Shown: one piece after another, positions 8,773-19,648 of the stretch
Numbering within the stretch: position 1 is the stretch's first letter
How the letters are laid out: each line of letters starts with the position of its first letter
Source of the DNA: Trypanosoma brucei
Taxonomy: Eukaryota
Reading direction: 5' to 3'
Assembly (NCBI GenBank): GCA_000002445.1
Contig: CM000208.1
Span: forward strand, 3,616,001-3,680,000
Length of the DNA stretch: 64,000 nucleotides
The notes under the pieces: model-generated
The model's database searches: none
What the model was told of the DNA's origin: nothing
The model's input: the letters and a program-made list of their open reading frames with translations, nothing else
Made by a program: the position numbers and the translations under genes

Positions 8773-11406
8773 ATGCTTGCCGTGAAGTACCTTCTCAAAC
8801 TGTACGAGACGCCCCCGGAGAATGGACACATCTCCGCGTTTGACACGTATGGTAATACAGTTTTCGCCGGCACTGACAGCGGTGTGTTGATGAGGTTCGT
8901 AGTAGAGGGAGCGACCTCACCCGAGATTGTACCAACGGAGGGCTCGCTCTCCGGTGACGCGAGGGACAGGCATATCAGTGGAGGAAATAGTGCTCGCAGT
9001 GCCGAAGCGGGAGGTGTTGGTGAGGAACAGCAAGCACATGAGGAAATGCATGCCGATGATTTTCACGCAGTTTCACAACTCGAGAAGATATACACCACGC
9101 TTGTGCATCACGTCGTCGTGTCGGAAACCCAGAGAAGAGTTGAGCGTATCCAGCACAGCAGAACACACAACATTTTGTTTGTGCTTTGCGAACACAGGCT
9201 TCTGGTGCTTAACTCGATAACCTTTGAACACATCTACACAGTTTCTGATTACGTGGGTACGTTTTTTGTTTCGGATTCGCGGCAGACAAGCTCCCAGCGC
9301 GTGGGGCGGCACGTGATTTGCACAACGGAACCCCACGGAAGGGAGCTTAGGGTATATGAATTTGACATAGCGCAGAACAAACATGTGCGACCGATGGCTC
9401 CACATAAGGTGATGCTTCATGAGCAGGCACAGACACTAGTCACGTACGGCAATATGGTTTGCGTGGGAATGCGGAGAGGCGGATATCGCTTGCTGTCGTT
9501 ACCTGACGGAAACACATGTAGTGTACTTCCGCTTTCTGGAGATATGCAGCCGTTACTGGCGGTGGGCGACGGCGAGGTCTTCATGCGCTATGATCATTCT
9601 ATTTTTTCAGTTTCGATGCGCTCCATGCCTTCTGGCCGCGTGCTTGGACGCACTATTCAGCTCGAGGATGAGGTCCGTCATATGATTGCAAGACACCCGT
9701 TTTTGTTTGCCTTCACTGAAAGTTACTGCGATGTCTACTCCCTCTACGATGATGACGTATCGGAGCGCTTGCCCATGAGCGGATGCCTCTTCGGCTCGCA
9801 GCTTGGTGGAGGGGATTTCCTTTACGCTGCCAGCGCAACAAAAATATGGATGGCTGGGTTGCATCCCCTGCGTCACCAGTTAGCCGACCTGGTTGAGCGG
9901 TTCAAGGTGGAAGAAGCTTTTCATCTGCTTAGCACTCAACGCTCGCGGAACTCCCTTGATTGGCAGGCGATCGAATTGGAGCTTCATGTTATGGTAGGCT
10001 TCGCTTACCTTCACCGTTGCCGCCCGAAGGAGGCAATGTTACATTTTAACGATCACATAGATCCAAGAGACCTACTTTTACTCCTCCCAGAGTGTATACC
10101 TCCAGGCCCCGATGAGTATAGTTCCGAGTTGCGGGGGTTGCTAAAGGGGGACTGCGTTGGGGAGACAAGAACGTCGTCGGATGGCGTTGATTTTGCATCA
10201 AAGGACGAGGATGTGGTGAATGTACCGGTCGGGGGAAATAATGTTGAGCCGTTACTCGCAAAATGCGGACCAGACATTGGATGTTGGGACGGTGGATTCT
10301 GGGAGGAGTGGAGTGGTTGCTGCCCATATAATACCTACATTGGAGAATTGGAGAAGGCCTGGTTGGAGACATTTGAGACTTTTCCTACAGTTCCGCGGAG
10401 CACCGACCAGGCAGACGGGGTAATCCACCGACAGGTTATGGAGTGGGGTTGCATTACCGCGGAAGGGTTTCTCGAGCGCTCATGGGAAGCACTAAAGGAC
10501 GAACTTGTAGTGTATTTCCGCTCACGTCTGGATCAAGCATCGCCCGTCCATGCCCGTCCAATGGAGTACGCCCTGCTGGTGCTTGCGCTTGAGGCTCGCG
10601 ACCATCGGGAGGCCTATCAGATTGTAGTCAAGAGCTCATCCTTGAGCGTGGAAGACTGCTACGACCTACTCTGTTCGTTGCACGAGTATCGGCTGTTGGC
10701 TTGTCTTCTGTACTGCCGCGGGTACACACAGGATGCCGATCGATTGCTGAGGCAACGTGTGTGCGTCTCAAGTCTGCTCCCTCCGTGGCTGCCGGGACGG
10801 TGTAACAATAGCAAACAATCCCCGGCGTACATGAATGTGCCCGCGGCTTTACACAGTCAGCTAACCCGCCTCCTAACGCCACTTCCTAAGAACGAATGTC
10901 TCGTTGTAGCTGATTTATCCAGTCCTAGAGGAGCACACTCGCCTAACGACGTGGACGAAACCCATACCATAAACCTGCCTTTGTCACTTTCGTTGCCTAT
11001 GTACCTCGTTAGTCATTTAAACATTCCCGCCCTGCAGGAGTTGTTGGCTGAGGATCCAGATGCTGCAGTGATCACTGATGAGGAGGGTTGTACGCTGCTG
11101 CACGTACTTTTCAGCCTTTTCATTTCGGTGAGGGACCTTACAGAAGGCGAAGCCATGACGAAAGGTAGTGCGCTAGTCGGTTTGGTGTTGTCATGTGCGG
11201 TGCTGCTTCTGGACCATGGCGCGGATGTCGCCGCGCCGAATGTTCATGGTATTACTTGTTTGGACGTACTTGCCATCGCCGCAGGTGGCGTTTTTTTTGA
11301 CATTGTTGTTTCCGCGTTGCTGGCAGACCGTGATGTTAGGAAGGCAGCTGCATTTACCAACAAGGATGACAATACGTTGGTGAACGGCTTCATCCCCATC
11401 GCATAG
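8773..11406 (+). CDS. Hypothetical 877-aa protein with a possible CNH/Vps39-like N-terminal region and C-terminal ankyrin repeats
   Basis: The ORF-track start at 8758 is TTG. The first ATG is at 8773 ('MLAVKYLL'). The C-terminus 'EEGCTLLHVLF...LLDHGADVAAPNVHGITCLDVLAIAAG' is an ankyrin repeat. The N-terminal 'HISAFDTYGNTVFAGTDSGVLMRFVV' and the middle 'LLLLLPECIP' resemble CNH and Vps39-domain proteins only weakly. It is a long ORF with balanced codon usage. Confidence 0.6.
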   Translation: MLAVKYLLKLYETPPENGHISAFDTYGNTVFAGTDSGVLMRFVVEGATSPEIVPTEGSLSGDARDRHISGGNSARSAEAGGVGEEQQAHEEMHADDFHAVSQLEKIYTTLVHHVVVSETQRRVERIQHSRTHNILFVLCEHRLLVLNSITFEHIYTVSDYVGTFFVSDSRQTSSQRVGRHVICTTEPHGRELRVYEFDIAQNKHVRPMAPHKVMLHEQAQTLVTYGNMVCVGMRRGGYRLLSLPDGNTCSVLPLSGDMQPLLAVGDGEVFMRYDHSIFSVSMRSMPSGRVLGRTIQLEDEVRHMIARHPFLFAFTESYCDVYSLYDDDVSERLPMSGCLFGSQLGGGDFLYAASATKIWMAGLHPLRHQLADLVERFKVEEAFHLLSTQRSRNSLDWQAIELELHVMVGFAYLHRCRPKEAMLHFNDHIDPRDLLLLLPECIPPGPDEYSSELRGLLKGDCVGETRTSSDGVDFASKDEDVVNVPVGGNNVEPLLAKCGPDIGCWDGGFWEEWSGCCPYNTYIGELEKAWLETFETFPTVPRSTDQADGVIHRQVMEWGCITAEGFLERSWEALKDELVVYFRSRLDQASPVHARPMEYALLVLALEARDHREAYQIVVKSSSLSVEDCYDLLCSLHEYRLLACLLYCRGYTQDADRLLRQRVCVSSLLPPWLPGRCNNSKQSPAYMNVPAALHSQLTRLLTPLPKNECLVVADLSSPRGAHSPNDVDETHTINLPLSLSLPMYLVSHLNIPALQELLAEDPDAAVITDEEGCTLLHVLFSLFISVRDLTEGEAMTKGSALVGLVLSCAVLLLDHGADVAAPNVHGITCLDVLAIAAGGVFFDIVVSALLADRDVRKAAAFTNKDDNTLVNGFIPIA

Positions 11407-11910
11407 GTTTTTTTTATTTTGAACTCATGGCGGTTGATTAGGTACTGGCTGTATTCAAACAAATGCGGTTTTGCGCTAGTTGCTTCATAATTGGAAATTT
11501 AGCCTAGTTTTTCCATGTTTGCTTACTTATCTAACCGTCCAGTAGCCTCGTGCTTCAGCAACAATCGTTCGTTGGTTGGTTGAGGTTTGCCTCGCTGTTG
11601 TTCGTTTTCTTTACTGAACTGTACAGTGAAAAGCAGTTGTGTTTTCCGGTTATGCGCGTTTATGGATGTTTGCTTGCAGGTGCTTCAATGCAGGGGCGTT
11701 TAATCGTACCCGAATCGCCTCTTCAGTTTAAACCTTCGCATACTTATTCTCTGTTTTTGGCCTTTAGATTGCGCTCCACCTGGTGGGGAGTACACCCTGC
11801 GTGTCTTCCAACCAAAACTATGCACTACTTCATTTCGCTCTTTTACGACAACTTATGAAAGAAACAGAAAAAGGAAGAAGAGAGAGAGCAGTCTGCTAGT
11901 TGGAGGAAAC

Positions 11911-13998
11911 ATGTCCTCCCTGACATCCGTCCAACGGCGCTTGCTCAAGTACGCCTTAGAGGACAAAGAGTCCAAGAAGTTATTGAAGCGCAAACGTGCG
12001 GAGGATGTTGCACCAGCGCTGCACCAACGCGAAAAGAAACGGACATGTGGTCACGTATGTGAGGCAGATACCACGCAGGATACGGAAATGACTCCACTTT
12101 GCCCTGAATTGCTTGACTTTGTGCGGCAGAAATGCCCCAGCGCGCCACGGAAGCTTCGCAAGGGACAGCTACACGTCATTAATGCTCTCAGTCGGGGTGC
12201 CGTAAGTGGTAAGGATGATGACGCTATAAATCGTTGTGGTGCCAGAGGCGCGTTTTCCGTAAAGCGGCTGGAAATGAAGGATCTCCCGTTTGCTTTTTCC
12301 ATCTTGGGATTGGCAGCGCTGCAGCGGCGATTATTATTTGACCAGAAAGTGAAAAATGGAACCTCGCTCCTGGTACTAACGGAGGACGAAGAGGACGCTA
12401 ACTCAGTTGCTCTTCACTTGAAGGAAACGTATCGTGGCGTCCACGTTTTAGTGCTCGACGGGTCGCGTTTTCCGTCGTTCCCCAACATTCCCAACGAGGA
12501 GGATAATGACGGAGACGCTACCAACAATACCTTTGCCGAGCGTACTGTGGTATTAGTGTCGTCGCTACAGGCCTTTCTTTCCTCCGACGGGCGGAGTGCA
12601 ATATGGAAATTTGTGGGGGCATACGTTGTTATTTTGAGGGAGTTGACTAACAGCACCTGTGTAGCAATGAAGGGTATGAAGAGAATGGAGCGGCAGGAAT
12701 TTTTGAAAAAACTGTGCGAGAAGAGGTGGCTTTGTTTGGATCACACACCAGTGGCTGCCGTGATAGCTCCTGCCCGCCACGCTCTCTTCACACCATTGGC
12801 TGATGCACTTACAATTTCTGTGCCCGTAGCGGGAGAGGATGCTGGAGAAGCGAAGACCGTTGACAAAGGGGAGGTCCGTGACTCCCATGATGAGAACCAA
12901 AGTAAGAAAAAGAAGGGGCTTCCAGTTGATACGTTGCGTGACCCTGTCACTGTACACTACACCGTGGTTGAAGGTCAACATCGCTTCCACACGTTGTATG
13001 CATTAGTGATGAATGCTCGTGCGGGCCAGGGCATTGTTGTGCATGTTGCCACCAAAGAAGTCTGCCAATTCCTCTATGATGTTCTACACGCACTCGGAGA
13101 TCTTCCACCATCACTTTTACTACTTACGGACTACGCGGGCCCCAGTGTGCACGCCTCAGTCCGTGACAGTGACGAAGACCGACAGAAAGTATGTGACAAG
13201 TTCGACGATATTGTTGTGAACTCCGACAAATCACTAGCAGGCAGTGGAAAAAGGGACCGTGTGGTCCTAATTTCTTCATTTGGCCTTGTTCCTCAAAGGG
13301 GGACCGTTTTCGTTCAGTACGACATCATTGTTGATATTGCGAACTTTTCCCAATTTGTCAGCGACGTGCTCACACCCGCGGCTTACGCGAACTTAGCGGC
13401 ATCACAGTTACCCCGTTTGGGTGGTCGTGCTGCACCGGGGGTTACTTCTGCAAGGCGGTCAAGATCTGTCTCCCCCAGCAAAAGCGTTTCTCCACCAAGG
13501 CCAACGCAGGTTCGTGCCATGTACCGTCACGTGCTGCTGTTACTCCGTAAAAACGAGCTTCAGGGGGCGCTTGAGCACTTCAACAGGTCTGCCAACAGGC
13601 TTCACATAACATACAAGCCTATGAAGCAAATGCCCTCTGCCACTCGATTCCTATTAGCGGTGCAGAAATTGCAGTCCCTGAACAAAAAGCAGTTTGCGGT
13701 CCAAAATGCTGCGTATGCCGCTTACAGAGCAACAATGTTGTTGTACTCCGTCATAAGCAGCAGCAAGGAGGTGTACGACGAGCGCAATGTTGATCTCAAA
13801 CTAGTTGCGCAGGAGTTCGGATATTCGGACGCTCCTATTGTCGATTTGCGCACACGTGACACAGCATTTCGACCCAAGGAGAATATCTTTCGCGCAGCGT
13901 GCAAAAGAGCAGCGCGTGACCGCCGTTTGCTGCTGCGCCCCCCTGCTGAGGAAGGCAGTCCCGAGGTGTCACAGCCACAGAGGGAGGAAAACCAGTAG
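11911..13998 (+). CDS. Hypothetical 695-aa protein with a possibly degenerate DEAD-box helicase-like (RecA-fold) architecture lacking the catalytic motifs
   Basis: ATG at 11911. 'HRFHTLYALVMNARAGQGIVVHVATKEVCQFLYDVL...RVVLISSFGLVPQRGTVFVQYDI' has the spacing of helicase C-domain motifs IV-V. There is no Walker A 'GKT', no DEAD box and no HRIGR. The termini are basic and Ser/Pro-rich. Confidence 0.55.
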   Translation: MSSLTSVQRRLLKYALEDKESKKLLKRKRAEDVAPALHQREKKRTCGHVCEADTTQDTEMTPLCPELLDFVRQKCPSAPRKLRKGQLHVINALSRGAVSGKDDDAINRCGARGAFSVKRLEMKDLPFAFSILGLAALQRRLLFDQKVKNGTSLLVLTEDEEDANSVALHLKETYRGVHVLVLDGSRFPSFPNIPNEEDNDGDATNNTFAERTVVLVSSLQAFLSSDGRSAIWKFVGAYVVILRELTNSTCVAMKGMKRMERQEFLKKLCEKRWLCLDHTPVAAVIAPARHALFTPLADALTISVPVAGEDAGEAKTVDKGEVRDSHDENQSKKKKGLPVDTLRDPVTVHYTVVEGQHRFHTLYALVMNARAGQGIVVHVATKEVCQFLYDVLHALGDLPPSLLLLTDYAGPSVHASVRDSDEDRQKVCDKFDDIVVNSDKSLAGSGKRDRVVLISSFGLVPQRGTVFVQYDIIVDIANFSQFVSDVLTPAAYANLAASQLPRLGGRAAPGVTSARRSRSVSPSKSVSPPRPTQVRAMYRHVLLLLRKNELQGALEHFNRSANRLHITYKPMKQMPSATRFLLAVQKLQSLNKKQFAVQNAAYAAYRATMLLYSVISSSKEVYDERNVDLKLVAQEFGYSDAPIVDLRTRDTAFRPKENIFRAACKRAARDRRLLLRPPAEEGSPEVSQPQREENQ

Positions 13999-14845
13999 CG
14001 AGCACGTGAATACAGTGGAGATCAATATGTGAAGTGCGAGGGAGAAGGGAAGCGGAAAGAAAGAAAAAAGGAAAATAATAACATTAACGGTTAACAGGTC
14101 GTGCGATCTTCCTTCATCCTGGTGGTGGGCATGCGTCATAACAAACTGACGACGGAAGGGGTGGAGACAGCATTTCTTTGTCGAATACCTGTAATAGTAA
14201 TTTAAAAAAAAAGAAAACAGCAGTGACAAAGGTACTTGAAGAAAGATGAAGAGGGTACGGTTTCACCAGACGGTTTCGGTACATTGGTTACGTGTGTGCA
14301 CAAGCGCACACAAAATATACCAGTGGTAGTTTGAAGGAAAGGTGTGAGTAGTGAACGCTCATGTTGCTCCGTTGAATTTTATTTACGGCACCGTCCCGTT
14401 AACAGTGGTAAGGATTTTGACATAAGTTACCCTGCCCGCTGTGCTGCTGCCTCCGGTTACTCTCTTCTTTTCACACTTTCTCTGTTTTGTCTCTGTGAGT
14501 CGGTTTAATTGGTTTATTTACATCTGCCGCATACTAAAATTCAAAGATTTCTGTCCCACCAGTACCATCTAAAACTTTTCCACCTTCTTCACTCTCTCCT
14601 CTCCCGCCACCGCCGCTCTTGTTGTTAGCACCCAAGAACGGGATACGACGTAGCGAGCAGGAGTACGCCTGCATTTTGAACGGAAGTCGCAGGGCTTCAG
14701 TAAGCAAGTAAGAGGGAGCAGAAAAGAAAGTAAAGTGGGTGTTAAGAAGGACAGCATTAAATAGTAACCTAACGGGGAAAGAGGCGGAAAAAGGAGCGCG
14801 AAACGTGAAAGCAAACTTTTCCAAGGGAAGTGAACGGGCAAGGGA

Positions 14846-15793
14846 ATGCCGCCGAAGCGAAAATCAGCTCAGCACCAACGGGATGACGATGATGATATGT
14901 CGTCCCAGTGGGTGGAAGGTAACTCAACGCCCTTCCAAAAATACTTCAACACGAAGTACTCCTCCGAGTTCATGGGAAGCCTTCCCGAACGAATTCGTCA
15001 GCGCGCCCAGGTTCTCCTGTACTACCATGAGAAATGTGAGAGGATCCGGAAGGACTTTGAGGAAAAGGAAACGGCGCTGCGCCGCAAGTATGATGAGATT
15101 TACGCACCTCTGCTGGACAAGCGGAAGGAGATCATTACAGGTGCGCATCTGCCAACAGACGAAGAGGTAAGGAAAGGACTCCCTAGCGAGCACGAGGGGA
15201 AGGTAAGTGTTACCACTGATGCCGATGTGGGGAAAGGACTTCCTGGTTTCTGGCTGCGCGTGTTGAAGCACCATGTTCTTTCCGCTTCCATGATTCGAGA
15301 TCACGATGAACCTGTTCTTATGCATTTAATAGACGTGCGCTCAGGCGTTGTGGACGGTGGTTATGGGAGTATTGCCGTTGCGTTTGTTTTCGAGCCGAAC
15401 CCATTCTTCCAAGAGGAGACCCTAATTCTGAAGCTTGTCCAGGGGGACGACGGGGCGACTGTCACCCGTACCCCCATCACGTGGAAACCGGGGAAGGATG
15501 TAACGGTGAGGACGGAGAAGGTAAAGAAGTCAGGGAAACGTGGGCAAGGGGGGAAGGTAAAGACAATCACTGTTCCGCAGCCCTCGTTTTTCAACACTTT
15601 TAAGGAGAATGGTGGGTCGGGTGCCGCCACCGCTCACGATGATGATGATGAGGATGATGAAGATGAAGATGAGTGGACTGAACAGCTTCTTCAGGTGCTT
15701 CATACAAGCATCATTCCGTCCGCTGTCCACCACTACACCGGCGAAGCCCCGGATGGCGCTAGTGATATTGATACTGACTACGATGATGATGAT

Positions 15794-15828
<35 letters not shown>

Positions 15829-15946
15829 TGATGACGACGATGACATACCTCCCCAGAGAGGCCGCAGACAGCAAGGCGGTGCTTTCGGCAGGGGAAGTGG
15901 CAAGCAATCACAGCAGCAACCTCAGCAACAATGCAAACACCAGTAA
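14846..15946 (+). CDS. Nucleosome assembly protein (NAP1 family) with a long C-terminal poly-Asp/Glu tail
   Basis: 'GLPGFWLRVLKHHVLSASMIRDHDEPVLMHLIDV' aligns with NAP1L1 '[34 protein letters not shown]'. 'FFNTF' is present. The acidic tail '[24 protein letters not shown]' is typical of NAPs. ATG at 14846. Confidence 0.85.
15775..15850 (+). repeat. (GAY)n trinucleotide repeat encoding the poly-Asp tail of the NAP
   Basis: 'gatgatgatgatgacgacgatgacgatgacgatgacgacgatgatgatgatgacgacgatgac'. Confidence 0.9.
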
Positions 15947-16934
15947 GGGGACTGGTGAACTCTTGTTCAGTTCCCAGCGCTGACATTTAATCATAAAAGG
16001 TTAAGAAGTGAAAGGAGCCGGGGAGGCGTTAATTGAGAAGGAGCCGAGGAAGGAGAAGAAGTGCACCCCACAAAAAGGGTTGTGTGGAGCGAGAAGACGG
16101 GAAAGTAGCGACGGCATATGCCCCGTACCGCAAGCCATTGTTTTCTTCCTCTGTTGAGGGGAGGGGTGGAGGGTACATCGGGGGCTTTGTGCCTGCGTCG
16201 AGTCTCACCGTGAGTATGGGATGAAAAACAATTTGACAGGGTAAACATACATACAGGCTTGAGGGAGGAGGTCAAGTGGATAGTGCGGTTCCTCCTGAAA
16301 AGGCACTACCTCACCCGCTGCAACACAAAATCAGCATTCTGTTTGTTTTCGTAAGATATGGAGGGCACCTTCGTCATCCACATCGTTTACCCAAACGAAG
16401 AAGAAGAGAGAACATTGTAGGAGGTAACTTTGCAGCCCTGTCTTCCCCTCTCTTTTCCCTCTTCTCATCCACCCACCTGTTTGAATTCGTTTCGCTATTG
16501 GCCGACGTCCGCACTTACTTTCCTTGACGTACGCCACATACCTCTTTATCTCTTCGTCATTCCTGCATCTTCCTTTTTTTTTGTTTTCGTTTTTTATTCT
16601 GAGTTCATATGAGAGGAGTTGCCACTTTTTGAGTGGCTGAAAACCATATAAATCAATAAAACAACACCCCAGTTTACTGATATAGGGGTATCATTTTATC
16701 TCCTACCTCTATCCATGTAAAGCCCCCTTTTCTCCATCTAATTCTGATCGAAGAGACAATAGAAAATAGATTCTGCTTGAAGAAATATAGTATAGAGTTA
16801 AAAGAGCGACAAACGGCGCCTTCCCGTGTACACAAGGGTTGTTGGGACAGCGTGGAGTCAGCCCCCTCGTTTCCACGTCTGAAAGTCAGAATAGAGCGAA
16901 GGAAAAATACCGTTTTTAAGCCACACGTGGGGTG

Positions 16935-18917
16935 ATGGAAGGTGCTGCAAGGACGGTACCCGCTCAGTTTGCCCGCCTACCACCAACGGAACATGCACTT
17001 CTTTTAAACAGGTTTAAGTTTCTTAACCTGGTGCAACGCATTGCTGCTGCCGATGTGGCGGAGATGATCGATACCGTTGGATTAGAAGCACTCACATTCA
17101 AGGGGACTCTGGAGAAACTTTCTCTGGAAGGCTTTCCTGCAAGTGGTGTGTCGCGGAGTCCTCACATCATGGGAACTGACACTGTTCACGGGTTCGGGAG
17201 TCACATGAAAGATGAGATACATGGCAAAGGACATCTTACGGGCCGCGTACGCGGAAAGGGAGCACGGGAAAGAAGATTCTCTTCTCCAAAAGAGGAAAAG
17301 GAGTTTATCAACCGCCTAGCGCGACCACGAAACTATCGCAACCAATTTGGTACGGATTGGAGGAGGTATCCGCAGGGCACCCCGACCTCTGAACCTGCGC
17401 ATGTTCCAGGTGACCCCTCAGCGCAGTCCGTTTGGCACCGGAAGAAAAGTGATGTGTCTGCAGATTTGTATGATAATCGCTTGCGGGTAAGTAACGATGA
17501 GGATGATTTGTACGGAGACAACGTCGTCATCGAATCCTCTGACGACCGGCTGCAGCAGCATGACGGTGGGGCGCATAATGCGACGTGGAAGTCCTTCAGG
17601 CAGCCTGATCAGGAAGGTTTCCGCGATGATGCGATCCATGGTGGTGAGAGATGTAACATAGGAGAGTCTGCGGGGGGGTTTGCTGATGCTCCTCCCAGCA
17701 ATACCGTTGAAGGGATTTCTACGTTAGGAGCACAAAAGAGAGAGAACATAAATGCACCCTCGATCCTTTCCAAAGGCGCTTGGACCAAGAACCAGCCTGG
17801 TGCCCCCGGAGGGCAGTTTGTAGCTTTCGACGCAGCGTCAGCGCATACCATGAATTCTGCACGCAGGAATCGTGCCTCATTCGCACCAAAGGCCAAGCCC
17901 AAAGCGGCGCCTGATGTTCAACGCGTTCCTATGGAGGTCATCCGCCAAGCATCATTGTTATTGGCAGACAAACAGGTGGCAGAGCCGCTTCAACAACCGC
18001 CACCACCGCAGATTCCGCCGTCAGGAGCACAAAATCCAACGCAAAGCAACACACTCTCCGCGTATGGCAGTAACTTCCGTGGGAGCGGTTCGCAGGTGCA
18101 AGTGCCATCATCCGGTTCCCTCAACAGCAAAAAAGAGGTTGATAGTTCGTGCATTGTTCCCAAGCGTGTATCGGACGATACCCTTGCTGAGCTGACATTG
18201 TGCGTTGAGAAGATGTTGCAGGACCACCGAAAGGTACTTGAGGGTATTCTGAAGGATGAACGCCCTGCGCCTGATGATCCTCCAGCGGTGGTGAGGCGGT
18301 CAGAACAAGGCGGTCGCGGCGGTGTCGCCGATGGGGGCATTAACATGACGCGAGAGAAGACGTCCGTTAAGGAGCGTAAACCCTCGCCCAAGAGCACTCA
18401 CGGGGTTTCCGGTTCCACGATGGGTCGTATTAATGATTTGCTTGAGGACATCAGTGATGAGGAGGACGAGCTGCTGCTTGTTAACCGTATCCAACGAAAG
18501 ATTGGGGCTATGGATCGCGACATAGAGGCTATAGAAGCACGGGGTAAACAGGTTCACGGTTCCTTGGGTGAAAACGATGGTGATCACGAAGGAATATATG
18601 ATCGGGAAACTAGTTCAAAGAATACCAACCGCCGCGTCGCGTTTGCAGACACAATATCTTCTAGTCGGCGCCGAGGTCGTCGGCGAGGTGAAATGCCTCG
18701 CGCAATCGTTGAGCGTATTCGGTCTTTCCAAAAGGAGAATCACGAGTACATTCAATACACAGAGAGGCTTTGGAACACTTCAAAGGTGACGGAACAGGTG
18801 TTTGCGTACCGCCTTACAGAGAGTCTCTTAGATGACGCTCTCTGTGAGGTAATTAGTGAGGTGGGAGGCATACTCGACACATACGTAGAGGGTTTAACCC
18901 ATCACGAATTACAGTAA
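16935..18917 (+). CDS. Hypothetical 660-aa low-complexity (Ser/Pro/Gly/Arg-rich) protein
   Basis: The ORF-track start at 16932 is GTG. The ATG is at 16935 ('MEGAARTV'). It is a long open frame on the transcribed strand with a polypyrimidine tract at 16541-16605 upstream. No domain recognised. Confidence 0.5.
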   Translation: MEGAARTVPAQFARLPPTEHALLLNRFKFLNLVQRIAAADVAEMIDTVGLEALTFKGTLEKLSLEGFPASGVSRSPHIMGTDTVHGFGSHMKDEIHGKGHLTGRVRGKGARERRFSSPKEEKEFINRLARPRNYRNQFGTDWRRYPQGTPTSEPAHVPGDPSAQSVWHRKKSDVSADLYDNRLRVSNDEDDLYGDNVVIESSDDRLQQHDGGAHNATWKSFRQPDQEGFRDDAIHGGERCNIGESAGGFADAPPSNTVEGISTLGAQKRENINAPSILSKGAWTKNQPGAPGGQFVAFDAASAHTMNSARRNRASFAPKAKPKAAPDVQRVPMEVIRQASLLLADKQVAEPLQQPPPPQIPPSGAQNPTQSNTLSAYGSNFRGSGSQVQVPSSGSLNSKKEVDSSCIVPKRVSDDTLAELTLCVEKMLQDHRKVLEGILKDERPAPDDPPAVVRRSEQGGRGGVADGGINMTREKTSVKERKPSPKSTHGVSGSTMGRINDLLEDISDEEDELLLVNRIQRKIGAMDRDIEAIEARGKQVHGSLGENDGDHEGIYDRETSSKNTNRRVAFADTISSSRRRGRRRGEMPRAIVERIRSFQKENHEYIQYTERLWNTSKVTEQVFAYRLTESLLDDALCEVISEVGGILDTYVEGLTHHELQ

Positions 18918-19648
18918 GTCCTATTCAGCCAGTTCAGTTTCAAACACTCTGCTTGACCCCCGCGTCCTGCTTTGGCAGTGCAGCACATTAACGGAAGTCT
19001 ATATTATTCCGGGTATGGAGATGCATACACGTGGGTTTATTATGACGGTTTACTTACGTACCGCGTGAGGGTGTGCGGGACCGTACTGAACTGGCCCTCC
19101 TCGTCTCGGCGGTTGTTAAATTGTTTACTGACCCTCATCACCGGTTTATGCCGGCCTTTGCTCGCTCTCACTAGAGATTTTAATACTGTGTTCCTCCCTG
19201 AGTTCGGATCCCTTTTACCTACCTGTTTTTCTCACTCTTTTTTTATATTGATGAATGCAAACTGAGCTAGTGTGAGTGGCTTCACTCAAATAGAAAAAGG
19301 GAGGGAGGGGAGCGTGCATCACTTGTAGCACTTCTGACGACCCCCGCCTTCGGGCTTTCCCTCTCATTCTCATTCTGGACAGTGGTTGAATAGGGTCCAG
19401 GTAAAGAAATAAAGACAAAGGACTTTAAAAGGCAAAAGCGGGTGACAGAGGACCAGCACACATCATTTCCGCTACCGGTACCGTCCGTTGCATTTTCTTT
19501 GTTTTCTTGCTATTATACTTGATAATATTGCACCTCCGGGGGGTGGCCTTTTGCTAATTACCACGAGTATTTCGTGGGAAGGTGTGCGGTTAGGAGGGCA
19601 TTTTGCTAACCGTACCGTTTGTGTGTCAGGATAGTGAATTAGGGTGGA

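Noticed and set aside
19631-19640. Isolated TTAGGG hexamers (19635, 32063)
   Set aside because: They are single occurrences, not tandem telomeric arrays.
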